Shown: piece after piece, positions 24,746 through 37,157 of the stretch
Layout of the letters: every line of letters begins with the position of its first letter
How positions within the stretch are numbered: the stretch's first letter is position 1
Assembly (NCBI GenBank): GCA_012295275.1
Contig: CM022668.1
Span: 7,130,001-7,194,000, forward strand
Reading direction: 5' to 3'
Length of the DNA: 64,000 nucleotides
Source of the DNA: Chrysomallon squamiferum
Taxonomy: Eukaryota; Animalia; Mollusca
Notes under the pieces: model-generated
What the model saw: only the letters and a program-made list of their open reading frames with translations
What the model was told of the DNA's origin: nothing
Database searches by the model: none
Made by a program: the position numbers and the translations under genes

Positions 24746-27564
24746 GATTATAAATGCTTGGGTGTCTAATTAATGATACTATTAATAATTCTCTGTTGGT
24801 AGCAACAATGTACTAGTGCATGGTCATACTGAAGAAACAAATGATTGACATGTAACATATCAAGGACGTACAGGTTCATTAAACATATTTCATTAGCTAA
24901 TATGCAGAAACAAGAAACATGAATGAATTCTCTTTACTTATTACAACAGTCAAATCATGTATTTTCAGCTGTTTTCTAAAGTTTAACATTGCACAGATAA
25001 TATAAAAACATGGATTACATTTACACAAGGCTGGGGCAATTGTTTCTGAGCAGTGGGCCACCTGATAACATGCCTAATCACAAGGTGGACTACAAAACTA
25101 ATAACCATAATTTTTCCTCATGAAATTATGTGTGCCATTCAGAAAGCCATATAGGGCGCAGTTTGCTCACAACTGATGCATCTCACTCATAGAAATGAGT
25201 CCAAACTGTCAAATGTTTATAGAAAATGAATAACATAAAAATAATAATAATAATTAAAAAAAAAAAAGTTAATACTATATGATTTTCAAATGGATTTAAA
25301 CATATATGTGTTTGTATACATCTATTTTTAGATGAACAATAATAAGAAATATTTTGAAAGATTTGATGCCAAAACCAACAGCAATTGTAATTTTGATTGC
25401 ATTTTCATTTTAACTGGTGTATGTTTATATACGAATATACAATACTTGCTTTTAAAACTGAATTAATCATGATGCCCATTGTTTTATTTTCATTCAAATA
25501 CAGTCACTAACCTCTTTCCATGAATTAATCCAGCATTAGTACCCATTTCAGACAAATGTTTAAATTATACTGAATGTTCTATTTTTAGTCAAATTTATAG
25601 ACATGGTTTTGAAAATGTCTTCATTTTCAAAATTGTTATAAACATGTATCTGAAAAAATCTCTTAACATTAACAACTGACAAATTACTGAAACAATGATT
25701 GAATGATTAATTTAAAAAAATTATCACATTAATATTTCTCATTTCAAGTATTAGAATTTAATTTTTTTTTTAAATTACACAATGCAAGCCAACCAATACA
25801 TAGATTTTTATCTGAACTTTTCATAAATGGGAAAGTGGAAACCAGGAAATGTATATGGTCACCTTAAATTAAATATATTCCAAATGTACGAAAATCTATT
25901 ACCACCAACAGCAAAACATTTTCTAACCACTTGTTATATTTTGAGATTTTCTGTGAAACAGACATGCATAAAATGGGTTATCACAGCAGTTTTTAATAAT
26001 TATTACACCTGTAAATCATTTATTTAGTGTTTTAAAGTTACACGTCCTAAGATGAACACTAATTTTACTGTTTTAATTTTTTTTTATGAAACACACAGAC
26101 ATAAAGGTTTTGAATGGAGTTTTTTATGTTTGTTAGCTTTAAGTATACGTACATGTACACAAACTGAAATTAAAAAACAGGACTTTAATACACACACAAC
26201 ACTGAGACTACAGATACTTTGCTCTACACTCGCATACAAAACAAAGAACTTGTAAAAGCATTTATATTTAGAAAACATTTTTATATTATGTTTTGGCAAA
26301 ATATTGTTATTAAAATTTTACAGCAGGCTGCAGAATTGTTAAAACTACCAGACACATTACTGTATAACTGCTGGAGCTGCTGCACAAGTTTCAGTGTTAA
26401 ACCATTATTCAATTATATGTACCCTTTTCCATATCTGTTACTGCTCAAGACTAAGAAATGTTCTTTTTTAAACCATGCAATTGCCTTTGAAATTCAAAAT
26501 ATCTACAATGAACATTTGCTCTAATTGTGCAATACCTTCATTTATTAAAGTAATCAGATTTTTTTTTAGATTTTTTTTTTTGGACTAGAGATTAAAACAA
26601 TATATTTCATCTGCAGCAAACCTGGTTTGAAAAATTAGATTATAAGACCTGAAGGACAATTGCTGAGGTTTTTTTCATTTTCTTATTACAATGAAATAAA
26701 AGCATAAAATGCATCTTTTAGCTATCATCATATACCATTAAATTTGCATACAGCATAAGAAAATTGGTATTTATGTTTGGTTTAAACCTGAAAAACATGT
26801 TAAAAATAACTAACAAATTTATCCATTCAAAATACAGCAATATAGTCTGACCAAGTACTAAATAGTTAATCAGTCTGCCTTAAACAAATTTAGTAACAAC
26901 ACAATCCTAATGCATGGCATAAAAATATGCACCAGATAAAACATTATTGATAATATTTAGTTATGAATAAAGAAAATACAGCTAAATTTAATGTTTCCTA
27001 TAATATAATTACACATTTAGAAATCTAGCACAAAGACAAATATATGTAAAAAGATGTTACAGATTTGAAAATTTATTTTACAGAATTTTAATTTTCAGTG
27101 AAAAATATCTATTTTTACAGGATTACGTAGTGTATAATCATTGACTATGACTGATGGACATGTCATTATTCAAGTCACAAGTGAACACCACCAAACATAC
27201 TAGCACAAATGAATCTATGTCATGTTGTCTGAAGTATAAAATGATGTAAGGTTTACCTTCAGTTGACCAACAGTTATGTCATTTTGAAATAAATACTTTT
27301 AAAAACTGTAATTCGAAAAGCATACTATAAATAACCATTACTAATTTTTTTATTTCTTTTCAAATCCTGTCTGATTTTGTTCTTAATAATTTAGTAATTG
27401 AATAATGTAAATTGTAACCAGTCCCACATGACCTTTGAAAACATGTGCTAACGCATGAAAAACAAATTGCAAATACAGCTTGTACAAAACAGAGGTTGTA
27501 AATAAAGTTCATAAAAACAAAATAGTAAATGGTGAAGAACACACTTACAAACACAGGCACATAC

Positions 27565-27582
27565 AGCAAAGAAACACAGCAT
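27565..27582 (-). CDS. LARP4: Candidate 6-codon alternative first coding exon of LARP4 (MLCFFA)
   Basis: ATG CTG TGT TTC TTT GCT|GTATGT, phase 0, just downstream of a YY1-type CAAAATGGCGGC motif in the promoter island. The donor is weak and competes with GTAAGT (27548) and GTAAGC (27600). Confidence 0.25.
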
Positions 27583-27599
27583 CAACCGGAATAAGCTTA

Positions 27600-28740
27600 C
27601 AATAAACACTGGAGGCCGCCATTTTGGATTGCTAAATAAAGCACGTTTGCCATTTTAGGGTGTTGTTTGGAGACGAATCTACATGCATTTGCTAAGTACA
27701 AACCGTTAATTACAAATACAGAGAACTATACGAATAAAGAACTTACAATTCTAAAATGCCCTGTCTTCTCGAGAATGTACAATAACCCTAAGGAAACCCC
27801 TCGAAATAGTAGTATATCACGGCGCCAACGAGACACGCCACTCGAGCATGTTGCAACAGATTGTAGGCGTTTGTGCAAAGTTTGGCAATTGACAGTAAAA
27901 TGCTTGCCTTTGTAATATATGTAGCGTTTGAAAAACTAGTGTATTCAGTTGATATTACTCTATCATATTAGTAAATTACATAAAATGTTATACACACGTG
28001 ACTGCAGATCATGAAACTACCGCAAAATATGGCGTCCCGAATAGCTAAACGTCCTTACATCATGATTGTACTCACCTTATTCAACGCCTTGCGCGAGCTA
28101 CGAACATAAATTTCCCGTTGTTTCTAATGGTACCCGTTTCTGAATAACTAACAGTTTCGAAATATTTACAGCAAAGTGGATACAATATTAAAAAACGGGT
28201 ATAATAAACCTACAGCCAGGTTGGAAGTCAACCACTTTGATGTGAAGACACAGTCACATGGCCTCACATTTTCAACATGGCAACCGACATTTACTCATGT
28301 TTTTTAAATATTGGGAGTTTTATTTTTGTATAAAATAGAATTTTTGACTATGTATTTCAAAAAAATATATTAAAATATAAAATTCAGGAAATTAAGTACT
28401 TAAATTTCCGGTTTAGTACGAATAAAAAAAAAAAAAAAATTCTCGGATTGATTTGTATTACTGGCGCGAGTGAAGCGGCCTGGACGTTTTACATTAACAC
28501 GAAACACTACGCCAGAATATATTATCTTCCGTTGATAATGTAATTTAGGTTATGCATAGTATTTAGTTGGTAACAGTTCTTTTCGTACTATTGATTGCAT
28601 TACATTGTGTCACAACAAGCTGGCCAATTACGCATTACGCGACATTTTTGTTTTTATACCACAACAGCTATTTGACAAGCCACGCGGAGCGAGTAAAGTT
28701 TGCCCATTTATGGTTACTACACGCTTGCGAGACACAAATA
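27600..28740 (-). promoter_or_regulatory. CpG-retaining main promoter region of LARP4
   Basis: Abrupt rise in CG dinucleotides, YY1-type GCCGCCATTTTG at about 27615-27626, CCAAT at about 28624, and first-exon donors. Confidence 0.6.
28076..28290 (-). other. LARP4: Probable non-coding first exon (5' UTR) of LARP4; left boundary is the donor, right boundary (TSS) approximate
   Basis: Consensus donor AAG|GTGAGT at 28075, close to where CpG depletion ends and CpG-rich promoter sequence begins. Confidence 0.55.
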
Positions 28741-29259
28741 ATACAGCAAAAGAGAAAATGCACATACTGATAATGTGATACAGATATGAAACTAGTGAAA
28801 ATAATAATTACTTGATTTGTTGGTGTATTTTTTTTTTTTTTTTTGGCTCTTTCTGTTTATTTAATGGTCTTTTTTTTTTTTTTTTAACAGTATGCCTCCA
28901 TACGCACATGGAATGTTATATCGGCGCATTGGATTTGTTTATCGTTTTACATTGATATAGTGCATAGTTTCGATCTACCAAGGACGGGTCACTGAAGGTC
29001 ATTCGCGTGGCTGGGAATGCTCACAAGCAGTACAAGCTTGACCGGAACAAAACTGAATAATCGTTTCGAATAGTCTACTAAAATAATGAAATGATTGATT
29101 TACGAAAGTGATACTTATAATGAATGTACAACATATCTAAAGAAAAATTCGACGCCAATCTACTTTTTGTAGACTATAGGCCTATATCTATGTCAGTATT
29201 TGTGTGCGTTTGTGAATTTTTTTTCTATTTTTTTTTTTTAGTGTATAGATTATTTTAAT

Positions 29260-29356
<97 letters not shown>

Positions 29357-29634
29357 AATCTGTTTAATTACCTGTATCCGTTTTTTTTTTCTTTCCTAAT
29401 AATTAATTATTTATTTTCCAAATTATTTTAAAGCAGGTTCCACGATCATAATTAAAAGCTCATATGATTAAATTTTGTTGTTTATATATTTAGTTCAGTG
29501 ATTTCATTCTTGTTAAAAAATCTTTAGAAAAATCTTTATTTTTGTCAAATTAATTATTTTTTTCTTCTGTGTATTACTACTACTACTACTACTACTATTA
29601 TAATTATTATTATTAATAATACCCTGCTCTGGAA

Positions 29635-29665
<31 letters not shown>

Positions 29666-29816
29666 CACCATCCCTTGTACATAAATTGAAGAGTTAAGTT
29701 TATCTTCAATAATTATTTCAACTCGAAATTCAAAGACCTGCCCATTAAGCAGCAGGCGTGCACCGGTAGTGTGGGGGAGGGGTGGTTTACACATTAAGGT
29801 GTATAATGATAATAAT

Positions 29817-29855
<39 letters not shown>

Positions 29856-30708
29856 AATTAAATAAATAAATAAATAAGAAAAGAATAGAAAGAAACAACG
29901 TAAAAGAAGGAGAAAAAAAAGGAAAAATATTAAATATATGAATAACTAAATACGTAATAACATTAGTATTTCGAAAATAATAGTATTAATAATTTTAATT
30001 TCAATTATATAACTAATAAAATGCTTTATTGTTATTATTTATTTATTTATTTATTTTAGGTGTTTATATTTTATTTTATTGTTTATTTATTTTTTAATCG
30101 CCATCAGATGGTATTTGTTTAAAATATTTAAATACATTTAAGATCTGGTATTTTTGAGAATTAACATCGTAACTATTCATATAATCCGCAAACAAAGACT
30201 TTTATATTAAAAATTTTAACAGTGGAAATAGCCCGACTAAGTGTCGATCCCAGTACTTTATCAGAGCAGCAACAGTGGAGGTAGTAGCAGTAGTAGTTGC
30301 TGTTGATGATACTGTTGTAGTAATTATGAAGCAGTGGTGGTAGTTGTAGCAGCAGAAGTAGTAATAATAGCTGATGATGAAATACTATTATTGTCGGCTA
30401 TTACTAATTTATAATGTCATTTTGTTAATTTATTTTCTTTTTCGTCTTATTATTTGTTGTAAATGTTAATATTAAACATATTATTTTCCTTTCAGTATTT
30501 CAAAATTTGAAACGTTCGTTATTCACAAAAAATCTGCATACAATTTGATGAATGTAAGTGGGCGTGGTTTAGCGCGTCATTTCGCAAGGGGCGTGGCTTG
30601 TTTCATCCTAGTTGGAAACAAAGGGCCACGTATGCAACTTAGTGACGTAGAAAACACCATTCAATAGATCAAGTCTATATTTCTCTCTCTCTTTTTTTTT
30701 TTTTTTTG

Positions 30709-30741
<33 letters not shown>

Positions 30742-30845
30742 TGATGGTAAGACTAGCGTTGTTATATAACAAATTGTTCGTGTGTTATGTTTCATTTGTA
30801 ATGATTTATTAACGTCCTCGAGGTGCATAAATTGATTAGTTGCTG

Positions 30846-30916
<71 letters not shown>

Positions 30917-31209
30917 GACACATACACGGACACAAAACGCAAGTTCGTTTTTTTTTTCTGTTTATGTCTTTCAATATTTTTCGTAAATAATTTTAGAGAA
31001 AAATAAAGATTAACCATTATATTTTGGTCGCACGCACACACGCACACACACACACATATTAAAAAAAAAAGCGCAGGGTAAAAAGAAAAAAGAAACAAAA
31101 TAATAAACAAAAAACACACATAAAGAAGCCAATATATGAGTTACAAAAAAAATTAAAATAAATTAACGAATAAATAAAATAAAACAAAACAAAATAAACA
31201 ATTTGTAAA

Positions 31210-31286
<77 letters not shown>

Positions 31287-31989
31287 AGTACACAAAGCGA
31301 TTATTTAGTTACTTTTACAGATAATTTGAATTCATCAGTATAAATTATTAGTTCTCATTCGCTTGTTACTTAATCAGAAATGCGCAAGAGTGTAGTATGC
31401 TTGTTAAAACAAAATCTGCTTTTCCGTTAATCGATAAGACTATATATGTACCATCTACGGATTTGCTTTCTCATTTATTATTATCTTATTATTATTAAAT
31501 TCATGGTCTTTATCATCATCATCATCATAATAATATCATATGCATATGAACAAATGTGTACAGACAGAATAAAATTATGCCACACGCACACACATAACCG
31601 CATTAACAAACGAATATAAACACATGCATACTCATATTTATACAAAAAGCAACCTGGGACAAAGATAGCATTACGTAACACACAAATACATACACATACA
31701 CACATCACAGAACGCGCACACAGTTGATGATGTCGATCAAATAGCTGGCATCAATTGATTTGTTCAAATTACGGTAGCCATTTTTATCACGTTGCATTGT
31801 TATTGACAACGCGATAATGACCTTGCTTTTGTTGTAGTAGTACTGGGTCGAGCGTGCGGGTCTCGCGCATTCCATTCCCACGTGCTAGTTCGTCTGCTTC
31901 AAGTTACAGATGCTGATATGATCGTGATATTTAAAAATATATATATATATATATATATACGCCAACAAACGAATTTTATTTTATTTTGT

Positions 31990-32420
31990 GAACAGTGAAT
32001 ATTTAAATACATTTGCAAGTAGAAATGAATAATTAGATACAAGTGCAAATGACAAAAATGAATATTTAAATGCATGTACAAATGAATACTTAAGTACAGT
32101 GCAAGTGAATAGTGAAATATATTTACAAGATGGAAATTAATACATTTACAAATACAAATGAATAATTAAATACATTCACAAGTATAAATGAATAAATACA
32201 ATTACAAGTCTAAACGGAAAATTACATTTATACACTTAAATACATTTACAAGTTCAGATGAACAATTAAATGTATTTACAAGTGCCAATGAATAATTGTA
32301 TTTACAAATACAAATGAATAATTACCTTTACAAATACAGATGATAGTTAAATACATTACAAATACAAATGAATAAATACATTTACAAGTTCAGACGAATA
32401 ATCAAATGCATTTACAATCT
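31990..32420. repeat. AT-rich minisatellite, unit about 26-30 bp
   Basis: Recurrent AAATGAATAATTAAATACATTTACAAGT. Confidence 0.85.
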
Positions 32421-32738
32421 AACTTTAAAGTCTAATTATAGAAGATAAATACATCGTTATTATTCCTGTATTATTATAGTTACAGAAATTATAGTAGATG
32501 TTGCTGTTACAGAAACTTCCTCATCAGAGAAATAATATTCTTCTAATGGGTGATGATAGTAAGAATGTATGAAGTATGGCAGTTTGTAGGGTCTATGCTT
32601 GCCAGTGTCATCTTCAATATTCCTTCCGCGGTAGCATGGTTTATAAAACGCTCTGATATTTGCTTCCATATCTATGGGAAGGTAAATATGAAGTAATACT
32701 TCCAGCATATAACTTGTTTTTTTAAAACATGATTATTA

Positions 32739-32955
32739 AGGAAGAAAGGATATATTTTGTTTAACGAAGCATTTGGCATATTTTTTTAGAATTGCTATTC
32801 TGTATAGAAGTTATAGTGCAGAATCATTCAGATAAAACCCACTGCTGCCACATCACTGGTTACTCTTTCCCATTTAGCTTAAAGGATTTTTTTTATGCAC
32901 CATCCCACAGAAAAAGAAAAGGAAAAAAGTATATACATACTACGGCCTTTTATGC
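32739..32955. mobile_element. Old degenerate SINE-like interspersed repeat (second relic at about 4710-4835)
   Basis: Shares TGGTTACTCTTT...ATT(T)AGC...CACC.T.CCA.AGA with 4714-4790. It resembles from memory an abundant gastropod SINE-like repeat; this was not verified. Confidence 0.45.
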
Positions 32956-33348
32956 ACCACGCGGACCAAGAAATATCACATACAAACGCTATTTATTATT
33001 TATCATATGTCGTATTTGAAAATAAAATAAAATAAGAAATAAAATTATGTGTGTGTACGTGTATGTATAAAAAAAATATAAAAAAAAGAAAGAAACAAGA
33101 TAGTTACAACTGCCACCTTTTTTATGTGGATATAAATCCGATCTACAACTTCTACGACGACAACACTGACAACATTTTCACTATTTTTATTTATGTTCCG
33201 ACAACAGCATAAAATAATGTCTGAGGTTATCACTACCAGAGCCATGACTACTTCAAACAGTACGACTGTCGTCACTACTATTATTACAGCTAAATTCCAC
33301 CCCAAGTTTATTTGTCTTTTAAATGTTGGTTTTTTTGTTTTGTTGTTG

Positions 33349-33402
<54 letters not shown>

Positions 33403-33480
33403 GTTTAGTTGTATTTTTCTCGTTCGTTATAGTATTTTTTTCATAAAACTATTATTAAATTAGTTTTGTTTATTTTGTTT

Positions 33481-33534
<54 letters not shown>

Positions 33535-34662
33535 CTCTGTTTCAAATGACTGAAAAAAAAAAAATCTCAAATCGAGTTATATGTGAAGGGAGACAACTGC
33601 TCTACTGTTAGAATCCAAATTAAATTAAAGCAGATTTTTTTAATAATTTTTTTTTTTTTTTTTAACCAGGATAAACTTCGGTTAAATGACAAAAAACAGA
33701 TGATCTTACCCAATCTAAAGAATTAGAAACAAACTTTAAAAAATATATCTGTTAGTAAACAACGACTAAGCTTAACATGAATCGTTAAAAAACATTCCTG
33801 TAATTATAATTTATTAATACGTGGGATTTTTTGTTGTTTTTGTTTTTGCCGGTAGTAGACAGAGATTGTCGCACATGCGCATAACTAGGCATTTCGAATG
33901 GGAGTCTAGGTCAAGATCCAGTGACACATTGACATATTGCCGTATACCTACCTGCCTTTTGTCTAGTCGACCGAAACGCTATAGGTCTGTTGTTGGAAAT
34001 GTATTTTTTATATTCTTTTTAAAGATGACAAGTTAAGCGGTCTTGCAGTTACAGTTACGTGGACAAAAATTTAAAACCCGATAAAGTGTCTGTTGAATAT
34101 CATTATCATCATGGAAGTATAAAGTAATTTCAAATCCCATAATAACTTAAATAAGCGCTAATTTTTGTCCAGTTAAACACTATTTAAGACAGTAACAGCT
34201 TCTGCAGTATTTTAGCATTTGTCCCTCTGTCTTTGTGTTTGTTAATAATCAAGCTTTTTTTTCAGTGAAGACAGACACCAGTCTGCTGTTGAGTATACTT
34301 GTATTATTCAGAAGTTATTAGTTTGTTTTGTTTTAATATAAATAACAGATAATTATTTAAATCATCGGAACAACAAACAAGCAAGAGATTAGTCTTGATA
34401 AACAGTGGCATGCAGAAGGTAGAGGGCTGAAGGCCCCAGTCATCCATTTTAGGGGGCAATCAACCAAGAGCAAATAAAAGGTAACCTCCAGTCCCGAAAA
34501 CTGGTGTGTACGTATTAAAGCAACCATTTTTTTATTTTTTTATATTTTTTATAAATGAACAAAACTAGAATAGAGAAATTATTAAACGTTATGAATTCTG
34601 TGTGTAGTGTTTAACTAGATGTAACAAATAAGCTGCAGTAGGTTTTGCAATTACTTCAGTTC

Positions 34663-34758
34663 ACACAGCAGTATCTCAGTCAGAACAATTCTGATATTCT
34701 GCCCCAGCCTGGCAAATCCCTGGATTTGTCGCCAGTCGAATGTGTCCAGGATGAGATG
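34663..34758 (+). pseudogene. Tc1/mariner transposase fossil (C-terminal catalytic motif)
   Basis: TQQYLSQNNSDILPQPGKSLDLSPVECVQDEM matches the Tc1 signature L.WP..SPDL.PIE.VWD.L, with both Trp and one Pro mutated. Confidence 0.75.
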
Positions 34759-35117
34759 TCTTTCAGATCCTCCATCAATTTTTCAGGAACTCGGATCCAA
34801 AATAGTATTCTCAGAGATTTTCTCCTGAGATCTGTTTTTCATTTCCATAACTTCAGACATTTCTCTTTCCATGTTGTAGCATCTCATACCCAGCAGTAAG
34901 AACTTACCAGCAATTATCTTTTTCTTTCCTACCACAACAAAAAAGTCCTTAGTGGATCTCTCTCTCTCTCTCTCTCTCACATACTTTTTCAGAAGACAAC
35001 TTTAAACCTGGAAAAAATAAAGGAGTTATTTACTGCTTAATATTATTAATTTATTAATATATTTATTTGTTTATTATTTATTTTGTTAATTTTTAGGAAC
35101 TGGAAACCATTAAAACC

Positions 35118-36839
35118 ATGGCAACAGAAGATGAAATAAGAAAATCGCAGCTAAGAGCATCCTGCCAAGCTTCAAAATCGTACTTCAGCATTTTAGAAAA
35201 TCAACTCAGTTCTGATATTGAACGATTTCAACACCTGATTGACATCAGCGCCACGCAGGCATCATCGAAAATCGACATCCTTGCAGACAAACTGATTTCA
35301 GACTTCACTACAGCAGTGCGCAGAGAACAACTTGATCGGAAGTCGGAACTTGAAAAGTGTAGAAAATCAACAAACTCTGAAATACATCAGTCATTTTCTG
35401 ATATACAGTCTTTGATCGATAAAGGAAAAATCACAGTTGAAATGGCAGAGAAATCATTTGAAACTGGATCAATTACTGATATAAAAAACGATATTGAAAA
35501 CATAAACCAGGCTAAAACAGCAATAACTGAATATTTAGCAACAACACGTTCCGAAGTGCCAGAAATGAAAATTACGTTAATTCCTCCAAAGAAGACAAAG
35601 CCTGCTTTATTCTCTCCATCTTTAGGAACAATATTGGCACCAAATGTCAAAACCCTGAACCAAAAAACATCAGAAGTGACATCGGAAGAACAGAAGACAC
35701 CAGTTCAAAACCAAGAGGAACCTTCAACAAACAAAATGCAAAAGAATTTGTCAAGAAAGCAAAAAAAAGCAAACAAAACCAACAGGTCTGATGAACCAGA
35801 TGCACCTTCTCACAGTTCACAAGTACCTAGAAATCCTAGAAAAGTGTATGAACAGGAAGAAGCATCATCCACATTCAGTATGGCAGAGTTATCAGAAGAT
35901 TGTCCACCTTTATGTAAAAAGACTGAGCGACAAAGAAGACCACCATCTTCATCAGACAGTAAGAATTCCAGACAAGATAAACCCAAAAATTACAAAGCAG
36001 ACGTTTATCAGAAACCATTCCAACCCAGAATAGATCACAAGACTAGCTTTTTGATAACAAATTTCATATTGAATGGCAGAACTCAACTGGATCACAATAC
36101 CCCTTTTCTCCTTTCTCTTCTGGTGCTAAAACACAAAGGGTCAATCAGAATTGTTGTTACAGATTACAGTAACTGCTGTTTGAAATTATTTTGCGGCAGA
36201 CAGAAAAATCTTTTGAATACTTTTGTTACCAGGACAGAGCCGTGTGGTTTAACAAAGTCACATGATCAGCAAGTGCTAGCGACGTTGCCAAAAGAACGAG
36301 TAATATTATTTCTGGATGTGCAAGATAAGATACGACTTCAGAAAAGACTGCAGACACAGAATGAATACTACTACATCACTGAGTGTGCAGATGGAAGCCT
36401 GGCAGTGAGCACAGACTGGCAAAGTGGCAATGGTCGGGTGGAGTTTCTGAACCAGGAGGGTCACATGATCAAGTATATCTCCAACAACATAATACTCCAC
36501 CCCAGATCCCTCACTAGTAAGGGAAATTATTTGATTGTTGTTTCTGATAACTGTAACAGGGTGACATGCATGTCATCGTGGAAAACAGTGAGCTGGATGA
36601 CAGTGAACTCGCTGATGCTAAACGATATGGCTAATCTGACCACGGATTCTGAGGGATATATTTACATCTGTGACAAACGAAGATCCTCTGTGGTCCAGCT
36701 AACACCAGAAGGGGAAATTGAGCGCGACATCCTCACCTCTGACCTGACCCAGCCCGAAGCCATTTTTTGTTTTGAGGATAAAGTTTATGTCACAGAACGA
36801 AATGGATATATTAAAATATTTCAGTGGTGTCACGAGTGA
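35118..36839 (+). CDS. 573-aa TRIM-like protein: N-terminal coiled coil, low-complexity linker, C-terminal NHL-type beta-propeller
   Basis: Long uninterrupted ORF with ACCATGG context and a tttttag acceptor at 35095-35096. Heptad-rich aa 5-145, and propeller-blade motifs IVVTDYSNCCLKLF, PCGLT, PRSLT, LTTDSEGYIYICDKRRSSVVQLTPEG and PEAIFC, typical of expanded molluscan TRIM/NHL-like families. Confidence 0.88.
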   Translation: MATEDEIRKSQLRASCQASKSYFSILENQLSSDIERFQHLIDISATQASSKIDILADKLISDFTTAVRREQLDRKSELEKCRKSTNSEIHQSFSDIQSLIDKGKITVEMAEKSFETGSITDIKNDIENINQAKTAITEYLATTRSEVPEMKITLIPPKKTKPALFSPSLGTILAPNVKTLNQKTSEVTSEEQKTPVQNQEEPSTNKMQKNLSRKQKKANKTNRSDEPDAPSHSSQVPRNPRKVYEQEEASSTFSMAELSEDCPPLCKKTERQRRPPSSSDSKNSRQDKPKNYKADVYQKPFQPRIDHKTSFLITNFILNGRTQLDHNTPFLLSLLVLKHKGSIRIVVTDYSNCCLKLFCGRQKNLLNTFVTRTEPCGLTKSHDQQVLATLPKERVILFLDVQDKIRLQKRLQTQNEYYYITECADGSLAVSTDWQSGNGRVEFLNQEGHMIKYISNNIILHPRSLTSKGNYLIVVSDNCNRVTCMSSWKTVSWMTVNSLMLNDMANLTTDSEGYIYICDKRRSSVVQLTPEGEIERDILTSDLTQPEAIFCFEDKVYVTERNGYIKIFQWCHE

Positions 36840-37094
36840 ATACTGTAAAATAATTGAGAAATTCAGATGAGAAATGTGTGTGGGAAGGGTGAGTGAGTGA
36901 GTGTGTTTAGACTGTAACTGAGGATATGGCACAGACTTTGAGTTTGGAATGTTGTAGGATCAATTTGCCTCTCTGGATGATTTCCCGTTCCAGTCTTTAC
37001 CCAGTAAAAGGATTATTATCAAAGACATATTAATGTATTATGTTTTAATATCTCGTAGAAGTGTATTTGATATTCTACATTTATCCAGGCTGTT

Positions 37095-37157
<63 letters not shown>

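Noticed and set aside
527-28075. Search for a SNORD97/SCARNA97-type tRNA-Met guide (GATTATGAGA.CTGA), since human LARP4 hosts one
   Set aside because: No such guide plus D box was seen by eye on the sense strand in this window; it could lie in downstream introns outside the window.
35387-36932. Short ORFs overlapping the 573-aa gene on other frames or strands
   Set aside because: Shadow ORFs of the real CDS.
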